64,000 nt of DNA, taken from NCBI RefSeq assembly GCF_026278345.1, contig NZ_CP111085.1:4620282-4684281 (forward strand), written 5' to 3'. This DNA is from Tellurirhabdus rosea. Its GTDB lineage: Bacteria; Bacteroidota; Bacteroidia; Cytophagales; Spirosomataceae. The translations under genes and the position numbers were made by a program. Of this stretch, positions 9,249 to 17,887 are shown in pieces (position 1 is the first letter of the stretch; every line of letters begins with the position of its first letter). The notes under the pieces were generated by a model. That model did not search any database and was not told the origin of the DNA. It saw nothing but the letters and a program-made list of their open reading frames with translations.

Positions 9249-12200
9249 TCACAGCAGGGGCACTTTCACCACAAATTCGCCGTCCTGTTCGCCGATCACA
9301 ATGGGGAGGTCGCTGAGGTAGCTGTAGAGCGCTTTCAGGCTTTCCAGGCCCTGCCGGTTGGAGGTTTCCACAAAATTCTTCTTTTGCAGGCTGTTGGCCA
9401 CGCACAGGTACGGCTCCTCGACGTACACCCGGATGAACAGCGGCTTTTCGTCCTCAATGGTGTTGTGCTTGATGGCATTTTCGAACAGGTTCTGGAGCGT
9501 CACCGGCACGATGCCCCGCGAGAGGTACAGCTCCGGAACCTGCAGGGTGATCTGGAGGCCATCTTCGAAACGGGATTTCTGGAGGCTGATGTAGTGCTGC
9601 ACAAAGGCCAGCTCGTATTCCAGGCTGACCGCTTCTTTCTCCTTGTTCTGCAAAATGTACCGATAAATGGCCGACAGCTTTTGCAGGAATTCGGACGCCT
9701 GCTCCGGATCAATAATAATCAGACTGCTGACCGACGTAAGGCTGTTGAACAGAAAATGCGGATTGAGGTGGTTGATCAGGTTCTGGTACTGAATTTCGGT
9801 CTTGTCGCGCTGGAGCCGGGTCGCCTGCATCTGGAGGTGGTGGAGCCGTTCGGTCTGCTGCGTCTGCGACCGGTAGATGACCCAGACAAACGTGCCGATG
9901 CCGCCCAGAATACCGAGCACGAGCAGCAACTGGAACCAGACGGTTCGGTAGAATTCGATATCGACGTGCATCGCCAGCCGGGTTTCGGGCAGTTCGACGC
10001 CGTCGGCCACGGCCCGGACGCAAAACACGTAGTCGCCACCGGGAATTTTGGTGTAATTGGCCGTCGTGCGGGTTCCGGCCTCGACCCATTTTTCGTCGTA
10101 CCCTTCCAGCCGGTAACGGTACTGGTAGTCGCCGGAACGCGAGGTCAGAATGGAGTAATTGATGCTGAAATTGTTTTGCCCCACCGCCAGCGACACTTTC
10201 GTACCCTGATGATGAATCAGAAAGGTCGTGTCGGTCGGGGATACGCTGCTGATCAGCGGCCGGGCCGGGGGCGTGGTCGAGGCAATCTTTTCGGGGAAAA
10301 ATTCGACCAGAAACCCTTTCATGGCCGCCAGCACACGGCCGTTCCGGAGCGGAAGCAGGTAGTTGAGGTATTGCAGCGTGGGTTCATTCAGGGACAGGCT
10401 GAAGGCCAGATGCTGTTTCAGATCGGGAGAAAATACCGAAAACTTGTTGTAACGGGCGCTCCAGATGCGCCCGGCCCGGTCGGTGATGGGGGCGATAAAC
10501 TGGGGATGAACACTGCCCCATTCGGGCACCTCCCGAAACCGGTACGTTCCCGAACGGGTATCGTACTGCCCCAGGCCGTCTTCCGGAAAAAGCAGCCAGA
10601 GTGTGTGCCCCTCACCCGCCGCCAGCCCGAAAAGATGCGTCCGGCCCGACAGCATGCCCTTCGGCTTGACAGAAACAAACTGCTGCTGCTCTTCCGAAAA
10701 GCGGAAAAGGCCGTTGAAGGGCGCGTCGAGCCACAGCCCGGTGCCCGCCGAATAAGAGGCCATGACCACCGAGAAGGCCGCCGCCCCCGGGTCGAGGCAA
10801 ATCGGGAACGACTGCCACCGCCCCGTCGGAAGGTGGAGGCGAAGACCGTGGGGAAAGTACCCGAACGCCCAGAGGTAGTCGCCCTGCCGATAGAGGTAGG
10901 TAAGTCCCTGCCCCGCTCCTGGAAGGTCCGGCGGAATGGGCAGGGGCGTAAAGGTTTTTCGCCGGACGTCGAAGCGGTACAGGGTCGAGCTGAACCGGAT
11001 GAACAACGTCTGTTGGTCCTCCGAAAACAGGGTCTGCGGCCGGTGGTAGGCATAGTCCACGTTTTCCTGCACGGGCAGCGGGTAGCGCTCCAGCCGTTCC
11101 GCGGCCGGAAAATAATGCAGGAGGTAGTAGGGCGTAGTGAGCCACCACGAATCCCCGGCGTCGGTGAGGGAGGTGATGCCGAAGTACTGGTTGATGTTGG
11201 GAACGGCCCGCTCCAGATCGTGAACGCGGTAGAACGTCCGCTCCGGATTGGTGATGGCGATGCCGTTGGCGGTCGCCAGCCAGACCGAGCCGTCGGGATG
11301 CTGCCAGCCGCTCCAGAAAAACTGGGCCGGAATGGACGTGCGCTGGTTCTCCCGGTGAAAAAACTCGGTGGGCCGGTAGGTGTCGGCCGCGATGTGAAAC
11401 AGCGTGTAGGTCCACGAACTGGTCCAGAGGTTCCGGTTGCGGTCCACAAAAATCGTCGCCAGCGGAAATTCCGACAGGCCGGTGGCGCTTCGGAGGGTAA
11501 TCGCCCGCTCGATCCGGCGGGTTTTCAGGTCGTAGATAATGACTTTGCGCTGCCCGTTGTCGGCAAAGATGAGCCGTCCGGTGCTGTCCAGCGTAAGGGC
11601 CGAGACGTAGGTTCCGTTGAAAATGGGCAGCTTCTGGGGGTTGTGGCGGGCGTGGAAAAACGCGCCCGTCCGGATGTCGAGGTAATGCAGGCCGGAATAG
11701 GTGGCCAGCCAGAGGCCGGGGCGCTGCGGATCGACGAGCAGGCCGTTTTTGCTCGCCGTACTTTGCAGGCCGCGGAGGGTTTCGCCGGAGGCGGGGAAAA
11801 AATCGAACCTGCCCGTACGAATCCGGTAGCGATACAGCCCCGTGCTCCGGGTGGTGAACCAGAGGTTGCCGTCGTGGTCGCAGACGATGTTGGAGCACAT
11901 GCCCAGCGGCTGGCCGTTAACCGAAAAAAAATTCTGGAAGCGCTGCGTGGCGGGGTCGAACTGGCTGATGCCGTTCTCGGTCGCCAGCCAGAGCCGCCCC
12001 TGCCGGTCCTGGCAGATGTCGTGGACAAACCCGTTGCCGAGGCTGTTGGGCTGATGGTGCTGGCGGCGGTAGGTGGTAAAGTGGCTGCCGTCGAAGCGGT
12101 TGAGGCCGTCGCCGGTGGCTACCCACAGAAAGCCGTCCCGATCCTGGAAGAAATTGGTAACGAAATTGTTGGAAAGGCCCTGCTGCTCCTGAATGGCCGT

Positions 12201-12293
12201 AAATTCGTAAGGCAGAACGTTCGGATAAGCCAGCAGACGCGGGGCCGTCAGCAGACAGACCAGCCACCAGCCGAGTTGCAGAAGCGTGCGCAC
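9249..12293 (-). CDS. sensor histidine kinase: periplasmic β-propeller (Reg_prop) repeats + Y_Y_Y domain, TM helix, LytS/YehU-type His_kinase + HATPase
   Basis: Signal peptide. Repeated propeller motifs (GLWLAT, NRFDG). TM helix VWFQLLLVLGILGGIGTFVWVIY. H-box NPHFLFNSLTSVSSLI, typical of PF06580. An 11-nt gap separates it from the LytTR response regulator. Confidence 0.85.
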   Translation of the reverse strand: MRTLLQLGWWLVCLLTAPRLLAYPNVLPYEFTAIQEQQGLSNNFVTNFFQDRDGFLWVATGDGLNRFDGSHFTTYRRQHHQPNSLGNGFVHDICQDRQGRLWLATENGISQFDPATQRFQNFFSVNGQPLGMCSNIVCDHDGNLWFTTRSTGLYRYRIRTGRFDFFPASGETLRGLQSTASKNGLLVDPQRPGLWLATYSGLHYLDIRTGAFFHARHNPQKLPIFNGTYVSALTLDSTGRLIFADNGQRKVIIYDLKTRRIERAITLRSATGLSEFPLATIFVDRNRNLWTSSWTYTLFHIAADTYRPTEFFHRENQRTSIPAQFFWSGWQHPDGSVWLATANGIAITNPERTFYRVHDLERAVPNINQYFGITSLTDAGDSWWLTTPYYLLHYFPAAERLERYPLPVQENVDYAYHRPQTLFSEDQQTLFIRFSSTLYRFDVRRKTFTPLPIPPDLPGAGQGLTYLYRQGDYLWAFGYFPHGLRLHLPTGRWQSFPICLDPGAAAFSVVMASYSAGTGLWLDAPFNGLFRFSEEQQQFVSVKPKGMLSGRTHLFGLAAGEGHTLWLLFPEDGLGQYDTRSGTYRFREVPEWGSVHPQFIAPITDRAGRIWSARYNKFSVFSPDLKQHLAFSLSLNEPTLQYLNYLLPLRNGRVLAAMKGFLVEFFPEKIASTTPPARPLISSVSPTDTTFLIHHQGTKVSLAVGQNNFSINYSILTSRSGDYQYRYRLEGYDEKWVEAGTRTTANYTKIPGGDYVFCVRAVADGVELPETRLAMHVDIEFYRTVWFQLLLVLGILGGIGTFVWVIYRSQTQQTERLHHLQMQATRLQRDKTEIQYQNLINHLNPHFLFNSLTSVSSLIIIDPEQASEFLQKLSAIYRYILQNKEKEAVSLEYELAFVQHYISLQKSRFEDGLQITLQVPELYLSRGIVPVTLQNLFENAIKHNTIEDEKPLFIRVYVEEPYLCVANSLQKKNFVETSNRQGLESLKALYSYLSDLPIVIGEQDGEFVVKVPLL

Positions 12294-12304
12294 GGGGTCA
12301 GGGG

Positions 12305-13081
12305 TTAACGGTCCAGCCAGCGTTTGAACATCGGGGCCTTCTGGCGGCTGATGTCGATTTCTATGGTCTGGTGGGGCGGCCGGAGCCGGAGAATCAGCTT
12401 CGAATTTTCCAGACTTTTGACGCTGTGGATGGAGTCGATGTTGACGATGAACTGGCGGCTGGCGCGGTAAAACTGGGCCGGGTCGAGCAGTTCTTCGATT
12501 TCGTCCATCGTGTTGTAATCCAGCGTGTACCGTTCGTTGTTGCGGGTGACGAGGAAGTTCAGCGTCTCGTGCTGAAAAAACGCCACTTCGGCGGTATCGA
12601 TGGGTACCCAGCCGCCCCGGGCATTGCCCAGAAATTTCTCCTTGTATGCGGGTTTGGGTGCGCTGCCGGGCTGCTGGAGCACTTTGATGAGTTCCTGAAG
12701 GTTGGCCGGCAGAACCGGTTTGGCTTTGATGAGGCTGCGGGCTTTGGCGATGGCCCGCTGCAGGTCGTTCGGATCGACCGGTTTGAGGAGGTAATCGATG
12801 CCGTTGACCTTGAAGGCCTGAATGGCATATTCGTTGTAGGACGTGACGAAAATGATGGGGCAGGAAAGCTTGTATTGCTGAAAAATTTCAAAACTGACAC
12901 CGTCGCCCAGTTGAATATCGGCAAAGACCACGTCCGGTTCGGCATTTTCCCCGAACCAGCGCAGGGCCGTTTTGACGCTGGGCAGGGTTTGCACAATGGT
13001 CACGCCGGCGTCCAGTTTGGCTACTTTGAAGGCAAATTCGCGGGCCACCAGTTTTTCGTCTTCAATCAATACAGCGTTCAT
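12305..13081 (-). CDS. LytTR-family response regulator
   Basis: Receiver domain (VLIEDE…ADIQLGDG). C-terminal LytTR DNA-binding domain. The start is taken at MNAV. The longer ORF up to 13147 is also possible. Confidence 0.8.
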   Translation of the reverse strand: MNAVLIEDEKLVAREFAFKVAKLDAGVTIVQTLPSVKTALRWFGENAEPDVVFADIQLGDGVSFEIFQQYKLSCPIIFVTSYNEYAIQAFKVNGIDYLLKPVDPNDLQRAIAKARSLIKAKPVLPANLQELIKVLQQPGSAPKPAYKEKFLGNARGGWVPIDTAEVAFFQHETLNFLVTRNNERYTLDYNTMDEIEELLDPAQFYRASRQFIVNIDSIHSVKSLENSKLILRLRPPHQTIEIDISRQKAPMFKRWLDR

Positions 13082-13347
13082 CGGATCATCAGGAAATGGG
13101 AGTGAGGAGTGTGGCTGCAAAGTGCTCATTTGGCCGAAAAACCGCAACTTTTTGTAACCGGTTGGTTGAGTTCGGGCCGTGAACTGTACGAAAATCGACT
13201 CGGATGGTTGCCGATCGCCGACGGTTTGATGCGGCTTTGACGCAATTGAGGGACAACTTTTGACCAGTGAGCGAGAAAAAATAGCGACTTATTAAAAAAA
13301 ATAAAAGCTTTACAGAAAGGCCCGACGCTATCCCGCGCAGGGAGTTA

Positions 13348-13785
13348 ATGATGATGACGGAACAGCAAATTGTGTTGGTAAAGCAGACGTGGCGTCTATT
13401 GCGCGAAATAGATCCGAAGCTGCTGGGAAATGTGTTTTATTCGCGCCTTTTTCTGGAAGCCCCCGAGTTGCGGAGCCTGTTCAAACCGGATATGGAACCG
13501 CAGTATAAAAAATTGCTGGACATGCTCAGTTACGTGGTGGTTCGCCTCGACCGGCTCGATACCGTGCTCGACGACGTGGGCGCGCTGGCCGAACGCCATA
13601 CCGGCTACGGCGTCAAACCCGAGCATTACGAGCTGGTCGGGAGGGCCCTGCTCTGGACCCTCCAAACCGGCCTCGACCGCGACTGGAACCCCGAAGTCGC
13701 CGAAGCCTGGACAGCGTTCTACACGGCCGTCGCCACCGAGATGATCCAACGGGGCTATCCTTCGGAAGTCCGGGTGGGGAGCTGA
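13348..13785 (+). CDS. single-domain bacterial haemoglobin (3/3 globin, Vitreoscilla Hb-like)
   Basis: IVLVKQTW…FYSRLFLEAPELRSLF. Proximal-His region AERHTGYGVKPEHYELVGRALL. Aligns with the VHb helices from memory. Confidence 0.75.
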   Translation: MMMTEQQIVLVKQTWRLLREIDPKLLGNVFYSRLFLEAPELRSLFKPDMEPQYKKLLDMLSYVVVRLDRLDTVLDDVGALAERHTGYGVKPEHYELVGRALLWTLQTGLDRDWNPEVAEAWTAFYTAVATEMIQRGYPSEVRVGS

Positions 13786-13797
13786 GCGGCCTGCCCG

Positions 13798-14166
13798 TCA
13801 CGACCGGGGCCACAGACGGGTGCTTTTGCCCTCCCGGCTGATGGCCTCGACCAGTTCGCGCTGGGCGGTGGTCATGGTGCCGGGGTCGAAGCGAGTGCCG
13901 TCGCAGGTATGAACCACGCAGAAGTAGCAGGAAAGGTACAGGGGCGTGACCACGATGTACTGCTGGCCTTTGTATTCGTAGGCGGTGACCGTCACCACGC
14001 CTTCCTGTTTTTTCTGGCGGAAATCGTCCATCTGGGCTTTGAGCCAGGGCAGATTGTCGAGCGGGTCGCGGACGCCGCAGGCGCGGTTGGGCGACAAGTC
14101 GGCGTTGTCGCGGCAGGAAGCCGTGAGCAGGATGGTGGTGGCGAGCAGGAGGAAAAATGATTTCAT
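13798..14166 (-). CDS. small Cys-rich lipoprotein of unknown function (paralogue of 8793..9164)
   Basis: Lipobox TASC. It shares ACGVRDPLDNLPWLKAQMDD, SCYFC and TCDG motifs. Roughly half the residues are identical to the other copy. Confidence 0.6.
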   Translation of the reverse strand: MKSFFLLLATTILLTASCRDNADLSPNRACGVRDPLDNLPWLKAQMDDFRQKKQEGVVTVTAYEYKGQQYIVVTPLYLSCYFCVVHTCDGTRFDPGTMTTAQRELVEAISREGKSTRLWPRS

Positions 14167-14179
14167 AGAAAGGGTCGGT

Positions 14180-14590
14180 TTACAGGGCCCGGTAGCGGAC
14201 TTCCATCAGGCGGTTTTCGTAGTCGTGCTGGAGAATGAGACTATTGTCAGAAATTTGCAGGATGCGCATTTCCCGCAGTAGGGCGCAGTTGATCAGCGCG
14301 CATCGGCCCTCGTTGCTGTATTCCGTTCCCCGCAGCCGGTCTTCGTTTCGCTCGACCCGCAGCGGAACACAGCAGGGCGGCGTCGGGTAACTTTCGTAGC
14401 GGATTTGTCCATCCGGCCTGAATTCGAGGCTGCCTGTTGTCGTGACGGCTTGCCAGCTTCCGCCCGTTTCCCGGCTCTCTATCGCCTGCCAGCGACGGTA
14501 CAACGGGTCGGCGGAGGCCGGAGCAACGTCCTTCCGGCAGGAGAAGATGGCCGTTAGCAGCCCCAAAAGTAGTAGAAATGCGGGTTTCAT
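14180..14590 (-). CDS. hypothetical lipoprotein
   Basis: Signal peptide with lipobox (AIFSC). 136 aa. No known motif. Confidence 0.45.
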   Translation of the reverse strand: MKPAFLLLLGLLTAIFSCRKDVAPASADPLYRRWQAIESRETGGSWQAVTTTGSLEFRPDGQIRYESYPTPPCCVPLRVERNEDRLRGTEYSNEGRCALINCALLREMRILQISDNSLILQHDYENRLMEVRYRAL

Positions 14591-14664
14591 GGGTTTGAAG
14601 GATGGACTAACGTAAAGACTCCCAAAAATTCCGGAGAGTTGGAATTCTATCCCGAAAAAGCTGT

Positions 14665-15741
14665 ATGCGCCCGCTCAACATCGCCCTCATCGGCCCCGGC
14701 AAAGTTGCCCATCTGCACGCCAAAGCCGTTCTGCAAGTGCCCGAAGCCCGGCTCGTGGCCGTCTACGGCCGGAATCCCCAGAAAACGGATGCCTTCGCCC
14801 AGACCTACGGCATCACCGGCTACAACGACATTTACGATATGATCGACCGCGAAAACGTGGACCTGACCATCGTCTGTACGCCCCACCCGGCCCACCGGAA
14901 TCCCGCCGTGGCCGCGCTCGAAGCGGGGTCGCACGTGCTGGTGGAAAAGCCGCTGGCGTCGAGCCTCGAAGACTGCGACGCCATGATCGACGCCGCCCGC
15001 CGCGCCGGACGCTACCTCGGGACCGTCAGCCAACGGCGTTTTTACGAACCCAGTCTGCGGATGCGGGAGGCGATTGACGCGGGCAAAATCGGCGCTCCGG
15101 CCCTCGGCATCGTCCAGATGCTGGGCTGGCGCAGCGAGGAGTACTACCAGTCAGACCCGTGGCGCGGCACCTGGGCGGGCGAAGGCGGTGGCGTGCTGGT
15201 CAACCAGGCTCCGCACCAGCTCGACCTGCTGCTGTGGTATATGGGCGAACCCGTCGAGCTGTACGGCGTCTGGAACAACGTCAACCACCCGTTCATCGAA
15301 GTGGACGATACGGCCGTGGCGATTGTGAAGTTTAAAAACGGCGGCATCGGCAACATTTCCGTCAGCAACAGCCAGAAACCGGGTCTGTTCGGAAAGGTGC
15401 ACATCCACGGCCGGAACGGCGCTTCGGTGGGCGTGCAGACCGACGGCGGGTCCATGTTCATCGCGGGCATGACCGGCATTCTGGACGCACCCTACAACGA
15501 CATCTGGACCGTGGAAGGCGAGGCCGACCGGCGGGAGGCGTGGAAAGCCGCCGACGAAGCGGCGTTTGCGGCCGTGGACCCGATGACGCATTATTTCACC
15601 AAACAGATCGAAGACTTCTGCGCCGCCATCCGCGAGGGCCGCCCGCCGCTGGTGACTGGCGAAGACGGCCGCCGCGTGGTGGCCCTGTTCCAGGCGATTT
15701 ACGAATCAACGCGGACGGGCGGGGTGGTGAAGGTGGAATGA
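14665..15741 (+). CDS. Gfo/Idh/MocA-family NAD(P)-dependent oxidoreductase
   Basis: N-terminal Rossmann motif IALIGPGKVAHLHA. EKP motif (VLVEKPLA). 358 aa. Confidence 0.85.
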   Translation: MRPLNIALIGPGKVAHLHAKAVLQVPEARLVAVYGRNPQKTDAFAQTYGITGYNDIYDMIDRENVDLTIVCTPHPAHRNPAVAALEAGSHVLVEKPLASSLEDCDAMIDAARRAGRYLGTVSQRRFYEPSLRMREAIDAGKIGAPALGIVQMLGWRSEEYYQSDPWRGTWAGEGGGVLVNQAPHQLDLLLWYMGEPVELYGVWNNVNHPFIEVDDTAVAIVKFKNGGIGNISVSNSQKPGLFGKVHIHGRNGASVGVQTDGGSMFIAGMTGILDAPYNDIWTVEGEADRREAWKAADEAAFAAVDPMTHYFTKQIEDFCAAIREGRPPLVTGEDGRRVVALFQAIYESTRTGGVVKVE

Positions 15742-15894
15742 TTGAATGACTGATTGGGCTTCGCTCGTTTCAGGTATTTGGAGTTATTCCGATTGGCGCG
15801 CATTTATTTTGATGTGAATACTTTTCACCAGAAGGCAATAGCGTTTCTTACGGACTAATTCATTAATCAATGAATAAGCAGGATGAAGATATAA

Positions 15895-17721
15895 TTACTC
15901 AACAGAAGCAGTATGAATGGTGGAATGGGTCAAATGCATCCGGTCTTTGCGTAAATAAAAGCGGGCTTCGCCGACCTGCACCGTTTTTACATATTCTTTA
16001 TTGACGTAATTCGCTATCACGGGATAATGGCTAAGAAACGTCGAAGAATCCGCAAATTCCTGAGTGGTTGAGTGGAGACCTAAATCCACGATCATAAATG
16101 GGCGGTTTAGGCGAAGGTCTGTAACATACCTTTCCAAATGCCCCTGCTGAATAATGCTGGCGCTTACACATCGCTGAATGTGATTGTCACGGGTTGCCTG
16201 TGGGGTATTACTTTTAACATAAATCCAGCCATGCCATCCCCAAACAGCGAGGCGATCGTCCGGTAATCTATGTTTTCGAATTTCAGCTAAAACAGCGGTT
16301 TGAAAATTCGGTTCATTTTCGAAGCGCTTGTAATACAATTCGTCAATGTGATGAATTCCGCCCTGTTTATATCTTGCAAAGGCGGTATAAGCAGGAAGCA
16401 GGAACGCAAAGAAGCAGAAGCCCAGCATCAGTCTGAAAGCGACAACACTGTAACTTTTTTCAATGAAATTTAGCCAGAAAGCTGTTGATAAACCGACAGG
16501 AATCAAGAGAAAATATAAATGGTGAAGAAAGTAAGTGCCGGGTTTCAACACCACATAGACAGAGACTACTCCCAGGAGGCTAATTATACCTAATTGTGTG
16601 AAATCTGGCCTCTTACGATACACAAAGCACACGCAGCCAATTATAGTGGTTGCCAGGAAGGGAGCAGCGATTCCCTGCCAGAACTCTTTGGCGTAATCGA
16701 AGCTTTCCCAGGCCAGATGAAGTTGTTTGTAGAGAGGATCGGATTTTAAATGATAGATGTTTTTATATTCCAAGTTCGCAATTATGTAATAGCGCCAGAA
16801 AATAGGCAGCAAGTCAAAATGCCAGCAATAAAAAGCTACCAGGATTGTTGGCGCTATTCCGCCTGCAAACACGTTAAGCAGTGCGTTTATTTTCTTCTGA
16901 TTCGGTAAGTTTGAGGTAAAAAGGCTTATCAATAAAACGACAATCAGCAATCCGGCAACAGGTACAGCCTGTAACTTGGCATATGGAACGAGCCCGGCGG
17001 CAATCCCGGAGCAAACTAACAGGCCGGATGCTATTTCGCCTTTCGCCAAAAAGCGCATCAAAACCCAAAGAATCGCCGTGCAAAAGAAAATAGCCGGAAG
17101 TTCACTGCTGTAATGCAAAAAGTCCCAAAGTTTAGTGAAAGCCAAAAACTGGACGATCAACCAGATACTGAATCGGGAAACCTGCGTAGAAAACACCTCA
17201 TTTAAGGCTTTGTAAGCCATTATAAGCGTGGCAATTAACAGCAGACAGGCGAGAACCCGCGCGTGGTAATAAGTTATTGACCCCCGAAATAAGGCAGGCA
17301 GAGTAAGGAGATAACTATTAACGGGACCAATGGTATTCCCATCGACTGATTTCCAGTAGAGAGGGTCAATGGCTAACGTGATCGCCTGCGTAATTACTTG
17401 ACTTTCATCTAAATCCAACTCCCGGTTGTATAGAAGGGAGGAGAGCCTGCCAACCAGCAATAATAAACTGATCAGGATAATAAAAGTGGAAGATTTGGTA
17501 AGGACCCGTAAAAAAGGAAGGCGTATGAAAGGAGGCGAAAAAAGGATATTACAGACGGTCAAGGCACTTAAACAAAAAGCAAATGCTTGTTGAAACAGAA
17601 ACAACAGGTGTTGTCGCATAGCAAAAGTTAAGGAGCAGGTAAGTACAAGAGAAGGCTTAAATATATATGAAAAAATTATAATAATATAATATATTCTTGC
17701 CAGATAAATTTGTCTACCCAA
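15895..17721 (-). CDS. polytopic membrane protein, GT-C fold glycosyltransferase-like (ArnT/PMT-type), encoded in a low-GC island
   Basis: At least 12 predicted TM helices. Acidic loop motif near the N-terminus (ELDLDE). C-terminal ~200-aa soluble domain. The DNA is markedly AT-richer than its flanks. The true start may be the internal Met (MRQHLL, ~17619). Confidence 0.45.
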   Translation of the reverse strand: MGRQIYLARIYYIIIIFSYIFKPSLVLTCSLTFAMRQHLLFLFQQAFAFCLSALTVCNILFSPPFIRLPFLRVLTKSSTFIILISLLLLVGRLSSLLYNRELDLDESQVITQAITLAIDPLYWKSVDGNTIGPVNSYLLTLPALFRGSITYYHARVLACLLLIATLIMAYKALNEVFSTQVSRFSIWLIVQFLAFTKLWDFLHYSSELPAIFFCTAILWVLMRFLAKGEIASGLLVCSGIAAGLVPYAKLQAVPVAGLLIVVLLISLFTSNLPNQKKINALLNVFAGGIAPTILVAFYCWHFDLLPIFWRYYIIANLEYKNIYHLKSDPLYKQLHLAWESFDYAKEFWQGIAAPFLATTIIGCVCFVYRKRPDFTQLGIISLLGVVSVYVVLKPGTYFLHHLYFLLIPVGLSTAFWLNFIEKSYSVVAFRLMLGFCFFAFLLPAYTAFARYKQGGIHHIDELYYKRFENEPNFQTAVLAEIRKHRLPDDRLAVWGWHGWIYVKSNTPQATRDNHIQRCVSASIIQQGHLERYVTDLRLNRPFMIVDLGLHSTTQEFADSSTFLSHYPVIANYVNKEYVKTVQVGEARFYLRKDRMHLTHSTIHTASVE

Positions 17722-17887
17722 CTACTTTACTTCCCCGTGGCCTGTGTCTGCACAGGCCACCTTTTTTAGTTCCGGACATACGTATGCCGAGGCCCAATCG
17801 GCGCAACTCCGCTCGAAAACCCGGACCGGCGGGCATGGTAGAACCGGCGCGGTTTTTTCTTTCCCAAAACGAAACCCGTTCCACCCT

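Noticed and set aside
10418-11898. Same-strand alternative-frame ORFs (343 aa and 428 aa) inside the histidine kinase gene.
   Set aside because: They are off-frame overlaps of a well-supported CDS with proline/arginine-rich nonsense composition.
9384-12308. 974-aa ORF on the plus strand, antisense to the LytS-type histidine kinase.
   Set aside because: It has no domain motifs. Its Arg/Gly/Val/Ala/Pro-rich composition is typical of antisense frames in GC3-rich genes. The sense frame carries unambiguous Reg_prop, His_kinase and HATPase signatures.
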